Positions 23,501 to 32,982 of a stretch of 64,000 bases of DNA are shown piece after piece. The stretch is from Lama guanicoe (Eukaryota). A program made the translations under genes and the position numbers. A model generated the notes under the pieces. That model did not search any database. It saw only the letters and a program-made list of their open reading frames with translations, and was not told the DNA's origin. The first letter of the stretch is position 1; every line of letters begins with the position of its first letter. The stretch is from positions 1,000,829 to 1,064,828 of the forward strand of contig MU054925.1 of the NCBI GenBank assembly GCA_013239625.1. Reading direction: 5' to 3'.

Positions 23501-26500
23501 NNNNNNNNNNNNNNNNNNNNNNNNNNNNNNNNNNNNNNNNNNNNNNNNNNNNNNNNNNNNNNNNNNNNNNNNNNNNNNNNNNNNNNNNNNNNNNNNNNNN
23601 NNNNNNNNNNNNNNNNNNNNNNNNNNNNNNNNNNNNNNNNNNNNNNNNNNNNNNNNNNNNNNNNNNNNNNNNNNNNNNNNNNNNNNNNNNNNNNNNNNNN
23701 NNNNNNNNNNNAAAGAGAGGTTCTCCCTCTACCAGCACCAGGGGGGACTGGGTAGCCAGGTATGGGCACAGGGGCTGGTCCAGGGTGGGACAGGGGTCTC
23801 TATCTAGCCTTGGGGACCCCACAGGGAGGGGTTCCTTCTGGGGTGGGGATGGAGTCTCCTCCAGCTCTAGAGGCCCAGAGCTAGGAGATAAGGAATGGAC
23901 CTTTCTCAATGTACATCTGGTGGAACCTGCAGCTCGGCAAGGACACCCTGGGCAAAACACACTCACACATGGCCCCCACAGCCATTCAGACCCTGCTAGA
24001 AACTTCAGCCTCTCCTGGGCAATGCCGCTTCACGGCCCCTATCTAGTCCAATCCCTGCCACCTCCCCTCTTCAGGCCTCCTCAGTTCTGCCCCCGAGTCT
24101 TGACCCCTCCTACTCCATACCTCTTCTGTGGATATTTCCTGACAAAATCAGTAACATGGACCTGGCTGGGCTGCTCCCCACTCCCCAGCCCTGGCCTGGC
24201 TTCCAAAGCCCCAAAGGAAGCCCAAGCCCATCCCAATGGGCTGCAGTGTGCTCTCTGCCTCGTCTTGTCCCCACCTCTATCTGGCCCTCAGCAAATCTTT
24301 TTACACACCTGTCTGCTCTCCTAGTTAGGGGCTTCTGGAGCATAAACTTACCCTTGTCTGTGGCTTTTAGTTGCCAATGATGCCCTGGGGCTATGAGAGG
24401 TAGCCCACTGTGGAGGGAAGATGGGGTCGCTAGGATCTGACGCCAAGCACTTTGAGTGCCAGTCAGAGACGGGTGGGCTCTTCTTAACGGCCCTTGGAGC
24501 TTCTGGATGTTTCAGGCAGATGAGACAGATTAAGATGGGTATCTTAGAAAGCTTCCTGGGCAGCATGTGGACAGATGGGCTGCAGGAAGTGATTGCACAG
24601 TGACCCTAAGGAGAGTGGATAGGAACCAGAGGCGTTGTGACATATATTTCCGTTTTCTGGGTGTGAGGTGGGGCCTTAGGGGATGGGATTGTAGGGGTTA
24701 GTTTGGGTAGTGGAGAGCCCTGGGATGTGCAGGCCAGAGGGGTGGGGGGGGTGAGATCAGGCGTCTGGGCTGACAGAGAAGGCAGGTTAGAGAGGCAGCT
24801 GTCTTGGCTTCACACTAGGGTTGGCACAGTGGTCCCATGGGCTGGCTGTGTGAAGCCATGCCACAATGGGTGCTCGTGGTGTGCAACCAAAATAACAAAA
24901 GACAGACAATGGACAGAAGGAAATTTATTCCATGTCACCAAAGACCCAGCCTTCATCCTGGGGTTTGGGGGCACACTATCATTTCCTTTATGACATACGG
25001 CGAGAGTAGGTGGAAGGTTTTTAGGTAATTTCTTGGCAAGTTAAAAAGTAAGAAGCCTGATGTCAGCCCTCGGTGTATCTTGGGGATTTGGGTGGTCTGT
25101 AAAACCCAGAAACCTTGGGCTTTCTACCAAGGCTAGGAGCTAGAGACAAAGGGAGGACCAAGGGCAAAACTTCCACAATGCGGACTTTGAGGCAATGTGG
25201 AGGCAGGTGAGGAGGGCCCCACAGAGGACATGTTAGGGAGCACTGACCAGGAGCCAGGTAGCCAGAGATAGGGCTGGAGAGGCCCTCAAGGGGCTCTGGG
25301 AGCCACAGAGAGTGGTGGGCTGACAGGGATGTGGAGCAAGCCAGGGGCCAGGCCGAGAGCACAGTTTGGCAGAGTGTGATGCAGGGCCTCAGGAGGAGAG
25401 TGGGCAGGTGTCTGAGTTGCAGATCACTTTAGAGAGGAGGAGGGCAGGAGGCTGAAAAAGACTCAGAGCCTACAGCAACTGACACCCAGGCAGCATGTGG
25501 CCCTTTCTATGATCCTCTAGGGAACTGGGGGGCCCAGGACCCACTCCCCTCCTATCCACGGCCCTTCACTGCCCTTGGCTCCTGCCAGCTGCTAGGACTC
25601 CAACCCAGAGCCAGACCTGTACTGTCCTCACCTTGGTACACTCAGTAGGAGGTGGAGGGTGACTGACCCTCAGAGACCTGCACGGGTTCTCAGAGCCGCT
25701 GTGTGCTAGGCCAGTACTAGACACTAGCACAGAGGGGCATCTGCTCCTTCTTTCCCCTCCCACCTTCCAGAGCTATGGGAAGAAAGCCTGTAAGATGATC
25801 AGAGGCCCTCCCTCTGAGGCCAGTGGGTGGGCAGGTCAGGCCTTGCGGCGGCCTGATAAATCAGGGCGATGACAAACAGCTGTGGAGCTCACCCCTACCC
25901 TAGCCCAGAGCATTTCTCTTCCACCCTGTGCCCCGCCAAGCCACCCACACCTTGGGTCTCAGTGCTGCCCGCCCTTCCCTCTGTCTCAGGTGTCGGCGCT
26001 GCCACCCAACGGCCTGGTCCGCAAGGTGAAGCGGACACTGCCCAGCCCCCCTCCAGAGGAGGCTCACCTGCCCCTGGCTGGCCAGGCTCCCCCACAGCTG
26101 TATGCGGCCAGCCTGCTGCAGCGTGGGCTGGTGGGGCCCACGGCTGTCCCTGCCACCAAGGCCAGTCTGCTCCGGGAGCTGGACCGGGACCTGCGGCTGG
26201 TGGAGCATGAGTCCACCAAGCTGCGCAAGAAGCAGGCAGAGCTGGATGAGGAGGAGAAGGAGATCGACGCCAAGCTCAAGTACCTGGAGCTGGGCATCAC
26301 CCAGCGCAAAGAGTCTTTGGCCAAAGACCGAGGCAGCCGGGACTACCCACCCTTGCGTGGTCTCGGGGAGCATCGTGACTACCTGTCAGACAGTGAGCTC
26401 AACCAGCTGCGGCTCCAGGGCTGTGCCACCCCAGCTGGCCAGTATACAGACTTCCCTGTCACTGCCGCTGCTCCTGCCACCCCTTCTGGTCCCACTGCTT

Positions 26501-29500
26501 TCCAGCAGCCCCGGTTCCCACCTCCAGCTCCGCAGTACGCTGCAGGTAGCAGTGGACCAACTCAGAACGAATTCCCAGCCCACCAAGCACCCACCTACCC
26601 TGGCCCCAGCACATACCTAGCACCTGCCTTTCCTCCTGGTGCCAGTTACCCCACTGAGCCTGGCCTGCCAAGCCAGCCGGCTTTCCATCCCACAGGCCAT
26701 TATGCAGCCCCAACACCCATGCCAACCACACAGAGCACCCTTTTCCCAGTCCCTGCTGACAGCCGTGCCCCCCACCAGAAGCCACGCCAGACATCACTAG
26801 CCGACTTGGAGCAGAAGGTGCCAACCAACTATGAGGTGATTGCCAGCCCCGTTGTGGCCATGTCTTCAGCCCCATCTGAAACCAGCTACAGTGGCCCAGC
26901 AGTAACCAGCAGCTATGAACAAGGCAAGGCCCCTGAGCTGCCACGGGCCAGTGACCGTAGCAGTGTGAACCTGAGCCCAGCCCCTACCTACCCTTCCGAC
27001 TCACACTACGCCAGCCTGGAGCAGAACGTCCCCCGGAACTATGTGATGATCGACGACATCAGTGAGCTAACCAAGGACAGCACCTCCACTGCCTCCGACA
27101 GCCAGCGACTGGAGCCCCTGGGGCCGAGCAGCACTGGGCGTCCAGGAAAAGAGCCAGGAGAACCAGGTGTCCTTGAGGGGCCCGTACTGCCCTGCTGCTA
27201 TGCCAGAGGGGAGGAAGAATCTGAGGAGGACTCTTACGACCCACGTGGGAAGAGCGGCCATCACCGGAGCGTGGAGAGCAATGGCCGACCAGCCAGCACC
27301 CACTATTACAGTGACAGTGACTACCGACATGGGGCTCGAGCAGAGAAGTATAGTCCAGGCCCTGTGGGGCCCAAGCATCCCTCCAAGAGCCTGGCCCCGG
27401 CTGCCATCTCCTCAAAGCGCAGCAAGCACCGGAAGCAGGGAATGGAGCAAAAGATCTCCAAGTTCTCGCCTATCGAAGAGGCCAAGGATGTGGAGTCAGA
27501 CCTGGCCTCCTACCCCTCCCCTGCAGTCAGCAGCAGCCTGGCCTCTCGGGGCAGGAAGTTCCAGGACGAAATCACCTATGGGCTCAAGAAGAACGTGTAC
27601 GAGCAGCAGAGGTACTACGGGGTGTCCAGCCGGGACCTGGTGGAGGAGGATGACCGCATGTGTGGTGGGAGCAGCCGGTCCCGAGGGGCCTCTGCATACA
27701 GTGGGGAGAAGCTGTCCAGCCATGACTTCAGTGGCCGGGCCAAGGGATATGAGCGGGAGCGGGAGGCTGTGGAGCGACTTCAAAAAGCAGGCCCCAAGCC
27801 CTCATCTCTGAGCATGGCCCATGGCCGGGCCCGGCCCCCTATGCGGAGCCAGGCCTCCGAAGAGGAGAGCCCTGTCAGCCCCTTGGGGCGGCCCCGCCCT
27901 GCTGGGGGCACCCTTCCCCCTGGGGACACCTGCCCGCAGTTCTGCTCCAGCCACTCCATGCCTGATGTCCAGGAGCATGTCAAGGATGGACCGCGGGCCC
28001 ACGCATATAAGCGTGAGGAGGGCTACATCCTGGATGATTCCCACTGCGTAGTTTCCGACAGCGAAGGTAATGGCAGCTGGGGGTGATTTTGGCAGATGCT
28101 CAGTACGTGGGGTGCCTGCCTGCCCAAGGGGCCCTGGGCCCTGAGATGTCCCAGTGGGGCCTGGCCTGGTGCCTCATCCAGTGGGCCCTGCTGCAGGGTG
28201 CCCTTCCTGCCTGCTCCACCTGCCCCCTGGCCCCAGTTGTGGGGGGTGGGGGCTGGGGGCCTAGTGTTAAGCTTGTGGCTGTGGCACCCACTCTCTGTTT
28301 TCCTTGCATGGCTTCAGCTGGGCCTCCCCCTGCGGCCAGCCCNNNNNNNNNNNNNNNNNNNNNNNNNNNNNNNNNNNNNNNNNNNNNNNNNNNNNNNNNN
28401 NNNNNNNNNNNNNNNNNNNNNNNNNNNNNNNNNNNNNNNNNNNNNNNNNNNNNNNNNNNNNNNNNNNNNNNNNNNNNNNNNNNNNNNNNNNNNNNNNNNN
28501 NNNNNNNNNNNNNNNNNNNNNNTGAGCCCCCCGAGGAGGGCCTTTGGCCACATGATGAGGGTGGCCCGGGCCGCCATGCCTCAACCAAGGAACACCGGCA
28601 CCACAGTGACCACGGGCGGCACTCAGGCCGCCACGCTGGTGAGGAGCCAGGCCGGCGTGCTGCCAAACCACACGTTCGGGACCTGGGTCGCCACGAGGCC
28701 CGGCCTCACCCTCAGCCCAGCTCCACCCCGGCCATGCAGAAGAAGGGTCAGCCTGGGTACCCTAGCTCCGCTGAATACTCCCAGCCATCCCGAGTCCCGT
28801 CAGCGTACCATCATGCCTCTGAGAGCAAGAAGGGCTCCCGGCAGGCCCACTCAGGGCCCGCTGCACTGCAGCCAAAGCCAGAATCCCAGCCGCAGCCGCA
28901 AGGTCGGCAGGCAGCTCCAGGGCCACAGCAGTCACAGCCGCTTCCATCCAGGCAGACGCCTTCAGCGGCAGCATCTCGCCAGCCACAGACACAGCAGCAG
29001 CAGCAGCAGCAACAGCAAGGCCTTGGGCTACAACCCCCGCAGCAGGCCCCGTCACAGGCTCGGCTGCAGCAGCAGGGCCAGCCAGCTGCTCGGGGCCCGG
29101 CCCCTGCTGCCAGCCAGCCAACAGGGAAGCCTCAGCCGGGCCCCTCAACAGCCACAGGCCCCCAGCCAGCAGGACCGGTAAGTAGGGCTCCAGTACATGG
29201 ACCCTCCCCAGGGTGAATGCTGGGACTGCAGCTGGACAGCTCCTTGGTTCCAGGCTGGGCATGAGCAGAGTTGACGGGGGGTAGCTCAGCTATTGGTTCT
29301 GTGTTGCAGCCACGGGCAGAGCAGGCAAACGGCTCTAAAGGGACTGCCAAAGCACCGCAGCAGGGGAGGCCTCCTCAGGCCCAGCCACTGCCAGGACCTG
29401 GACCTGCAGGTGAGCCTACCCTTGGGCGCCCTTGCCTATGACCCAGAGTAGCTGGGCTGCCATCTCCCTACACTCACTGGCACCCTGAGCCCCCCTGCAC

Positions 29501-30364
29501 CGCGTGCCCTCACTGCTCCCTGAGAACATGCCCAGTGGGCTGCAGGCCTCGCCAGTAGAGATGAGCCTGGGGTTAGAATGAGCCGGTGGAGTCACCAGCA
29601 CTGGGGCCTTAGGGCCCAGGCAGCTCTGGGCAGGGAAGCTGGAAGGGACCGGGGAGCTCTTAACTCTCTCCTTCCTTTCCCTCTTCTCCTCTGCCTTCTC
29701 ATCTTCCTCTGCCCTTTCCTCCCTTTCTCCTTTGTCTTCCTCAACTTCCTTTGTTCTGCTTCCTCCCACCCCTGTTCTGCTTGTTTTTAATCTTTCTTTC
29801 TTCATTCCTCTATCCTCCTCCTCAACCTCCATCTCACAGGGTCCCCGTGTTCAGATTCCCTCGTGACTGCTCTCCCGCTCAGACCCTGAAGAGCCAGGCC
29901 AAGCAGCCTCATGATGATTTCTTTCTCCTTAGGTCTGAAGGCTGGAGCCAAGCCTGGAGGGACCCCAGGAGCTCCTACCGGCCCGCCAGGAGCCGACGGG
30001 GAGAGCGTGCTCTCCAAAATCCTCCCTGGTGGGGCAGCAGAGCAGGCCGGCAAGCTGACGGAAGGTATGCACTGCCTACAGCTGGGGCCATGGTGCATGG
30101 CTGCTCCAGGGCCCTACTCTGGCAGGGGTCAGGTCTGGGGAATGGTTCCGGGCCCCGTCACCCAGGCACGGGCCAGCCCAAGGGCCCACCTGCTGCTGCC
30201 TAGTCGTTCTCTGGGTGGTCCCTGCCCCTCCAGCTGAGCTTGGCTTCACTGTGCCAAATGGCCATGATTAGGAAGGAGTCTAGCCCAATTTTCTGTTGCT
30301 TCTCTCTCTTTTCTATTTCACAGCTGTGTCTGCTTTTGGCAAAAAATTCTCCTCCTTCTGGTGA
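7668..30364 (+). CDS. BSN: Bassoon presynaptic cytomatrix protein, partial gene (coding exons 3-10; exons 1-2 lie upstream of the window)
   Basis: Spliced ORF: 7668-8552, 16208-16654, 17100-23759, 25990-28066, ~28378-29177, 29310-29409, 29933-30064, 30324-30364. Piccolo-type Zn fingers (EWLCLNCQ, CPLC..CTTC..CNLCGFNP), coiled coils, C-terminus AVSAFGKKFSSFW*. All visible junctions are GT-AG and phase-compatible. Confidence 0.98.
12681..13050. repeat. Perfect tandem repeat, 5 x 74 bp (minisatellite) in BSN intron 3
   Basis: Unit aggtggcaggtctcacctgcctgtggggcgccccaccaactctctcagacaactccattcccctatctcatcct starts at 12681, 12755, 12829, 12903 and 12977. Confidence 0.97.
16208..16654 (+). CDS. BSN: BSN exon 4 (end of Zn finger 2, KASP heptads)
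   Basis: ttacag|AAAACTGAGTGG ... ACAGAG|gtcagt; 447 nt; KTEWLCLNCQTKR. Confidence 0.95.
17100..23759 (+). CDS. BSN: BSN giant exon 5 (6660 nt, coiled coils 1-2; N-run 23444-23711 inside)
   Basis: ctgcag|GAGCTG ... AGCCAG|gtatgg; forms the core of the 2296-aa ORF. Confidence 0.95.
25990..28066 (+). CDS. BSN: BSN exon 6 (coiled coil 3)
   Basis: tctcag|GTGTCG ... GAAG|gtaatg; VSALPPNGLVRKVKRTLP...VVSDSE. Confidence 0.95.
28378..29177 (+). CDS. BSN: BSN exon 7 (5' end hidden in N-run 28343-28522; start approximate)
   Basis: Visible part 28523-29177 reads EPPEEGLWPH...PAGP, with donor CCG|gtaagt. Start estimated from the recalled human sequence length. Confidence 0.85.
28992..29018 (+). repeat. 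Coding (CAG)6-CAA-CAG-CAA repeat = Q9 in BSN exon 7
   Basis: Read directly; ORF shows QTQQQQQQQQQGLG. Confidence 0.9.
29310..29409 (+). CDS. BSN: BSN exon 8
   Basis: ttgcag|CCACGG ... GCAG|gtgagc; PRAEQANGSKG. Confidence 0.92.
29660..29835 (+). repeat. Low-complexity CT-rich tract in BSN intron 8
   Basis: ~175 nt, almost all pyrimidine. Confidence 0.85.
29933..30064 (+). CDS. BSN: BSN exon 9
   Basis: ccttag|GTCTGAAG ... GAAG|gtatgc; ...SKILPGGAAEQAGKLTE. Confidence 0.93.
30324..30364 (+). CDS. BSN: BSN exon 10 coding part (stop TGA 30362-30364; exon continues to 30378)
   Basis: tcacag|CTGTG...TTCTGGTGA; donor CAGG|gtgagt at 30379. Confidence 0.93.
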
Positions 30365-30747
30365 CCATGCCCTGCAGGGTGAGTATGAACTGCCTATACC
30401 CAGTTTCCCCCTGGGAAAGGCATGAGGCGCTCCTGTGGGGGCCCTGCAGGGTCTTCTGGGAGGACTGTAGTCTTCAATAGCGGATGATGTGGCCAGAGCT
30501 GCAGTGTCCTTCCTATGAGTGTGGTAGGAGGAGGAGGAAAAGGAGAGACACTGTGCACAGAGGCCCCATTATGGGGCCAACTCAATAGAGATCCCTAGCA
30601 AAGGGAAGCCAGGGCCAATGATCCCTTGTCCTTCTCCACCACCCTGAGCCCCCACAGAGCTCTCATAGCTATGAGTTGACATTGGGTTATAGGTGGGGCC
30701 CCCTATGATGCAGCTCCTTCCAGCCCTCCACTGTAAATACTCCACAG

Positions 30748-30840
30748 GCTCTTGAAGAAATGAAGGGAGATGATATTATTGCTGTGGAAAAATCTCTGGA
30801 GTCAGAGGCCTGGGCGCAGCTCTGGACTCTGCGTATAACA
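30748..30840 (+). other. BSN: Predicted BSN non-coding exon 11 (3'UTR, 93 nt)
   Basis: ccacag|GCTCTT ... ATAACA|gtaagt (consensus donor); human BSN is recalled to have 12 exons with the stop in exon 10. Confidence 0.7.
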
Positions 30841-31761
30841 GTAAGTATCAGGACCAGGGTGGGGGTGGGACCTGGCCTGGCTGACCAAACCCACCCAGTT
30901 CCTACAACGAGGAGGGGCCTGTTGGGCTTCCTGCAGCTGGGATGGGCCCAGCAGCCACTTGGAAGGCAGAGACAACTCAGCTGGCTGAGGTGACTCCAGT
31001 AGTAACCTTGGGGAAGGGCCCAAAAAAGCCAACCACACCCAACTAGGGGTCTGTATGCCAAGAACTGATTCAAAGCCTCATCCCTGAGGTCTGGTACAGT
31101 AGCTTTGCTCCAGACATTCAAATGAAGCCAGAACCCCCAAACCCTGCCGAGCTTAGCAGCCCTTGGTGTGAAGTCAAGATACTATTGACTCAAGACCAGC
31201 AAGAAAGAAAAGCAGAATGATTGGAGAGGCAGACAGGAAAGGGACAAAGAGGACAGGGAGGCACTTGGACAGGAGGATCCAGACCAGGTCAGCCCAGGGA
31301 GAGAGTGGAAGAGCCTCAGGATGGCTCTGTCTGGGCTGCAGTGGCCAAGGCAGGATCAGAAGCCTCTGCCTAGAGCCTTCTCTGGCCCTGGCCCTGCCTC
31401 TGTGGGTGAAGGAGGAAGTGGTGCATCATCAAGGATGGCAGGGAGGAGAGCCTGGTTACTGGCACTGCTCTGCACACAGCCAGGTACCACATCTTCCCGT
31501 TCCATAGCCTTGGGGCCCTCCTCCTGCCCCTTCTTTGCCATTTCTAGGACTAAGAGTATGGAGGTTTGGGTGTTTCTCATGGTGGACAGGCATGTGTGTG
31601 GTAGGCCCCAGCATTCAGCAGGCAAATCACCAGGGAGCGCTGGGGCCAGCAGAGGTCCTTGCTCAGGCCAGGCCTGCTTGTGGGAAGGAGTTGGGTATAG
31701 TGTCAAGAGGGCCACCTGTCTCTGCAGGACCAGTGAGGGTGCTGGAAAGGCCCAGTTTTCT

Positions 31762-32250
31762 ATCCATTTATTCAGCAAATGTTTGTCAGGCTCTAGGTGG
31801 GTGCTGAGCCCTGTTCCAAGTGCTGGGGATATAGCAGAGAACAAGACCAAGTCCCTGCCCTCTGAAGCTGACAGTCCATTAAGAGAGGCAGTGAGCAAAT
31901 AAGTTAAAAAGAATTACTTTACAAGGTAATTTCTGAAGATAATAAGTGTTCTGAAGGCAGGGAAGCAGGATTATGGTGGAAGGGTCTACTCTAAAGAAAG
32001 TGGTCAATACCAGGTAAAGCTCAAGGGAGGAGAAGAGGCTGCTGTGGGAGGTGCCCACGGAAGGGAACAGCACCAACGGAGGCTCTGATGACACAGGTAG
32101 GCCTCAGGGACAGACAAAAGGCCAGCAGAGCCAGAGCCACAGAGGAGGGGAGGTACGGTCAGGGGTGAAGTCAGAGGGGGCGTGAGCCAGCTGGGTTGGG
32201 CTTTGTAGGCAAAGGTAAAAGAGCCCAGAATTTATTCTAATTACAGTAAC
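31762..32250 (-). mobile_element. L2 3' end, antisense
   Basis: atccatttattcagcaaatgttt...tgctggggatatagcagagaacaagac...gtccctgccctc. Confidence 0.75.
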
Positions 32251-32982
32251 CACAGTGCAACACCCCAGCATTCTTCCTTCTCTCACCCCACGACAGTGGG
32301 CTCCCTACCGCTTTCCCACTTAGCCAGATGTTTCCTCTGAGCCGCCCTGGAACAGATGTGAAATTAGAAAGAGTGTTGAAGGGAGGGGAAGGAGGGGCAG
32401 CCCATGGGCCAGGTCCATGGCAGGACCCACCTTGGGTTTAGGGCCAGGGCTGTGTCACTGGGGAGGGAAAGGAACCCCTGGTGTGGCTTTGTTCCATGTC
32501 CTGCCACATGATGTGTGTGGGCCATGGAGACCACTAACTTTGTAGTTAAAAGAATCTCCCTCGAGTTCTGGCATTTGGCTGATGATTGGGCCAAGCGGTC
32601 ATTGCTTCTGTGAGTGTCCATCTCCTGGTGTCTTTTGTGGAAATTTCAGAAGTGGGTTGGGAGGGGCTTGCCATTTTAAACAAAATTCTATCTCCCTCAT
32701 TTTTAAGAGAAACAAAAAGCATCATGTATTAAAGAAATGGCCCTTCCTGGCCAGCCTGATTCTTCTTTCTTCCTGACTTTCTCTTTGTGACCTCAAACCT
32801 GCCTAAGCACCCATCTCCCCATGCCTCAGTCTGGTGGGATCCTGTAGGTGCGGAGGCGCTAGGCCGTCAGCACGGGGCAAACAGCTGGGAGGAGCATGAG
32901 TGGGAAGCAGCTTCCACAGTTCTTGACAAAATCCTTCTGTCTTTCCTTCTTTCCTTCCCCCTCCCTCCTGCCCTCCTCCAAG

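Noticed and set aside
23128-24324. 398-aa ORF and other ORFs containing X runs
   Set aside because: Length inflated by N-runs that hide stop codons
30362-30368. Programmed stop-codon readthrough of BSN
   Set aside because: Context is TGA-CCA rather than the TGA-CTAG motif, and the spliced in-frame extension ends after about 9 codons
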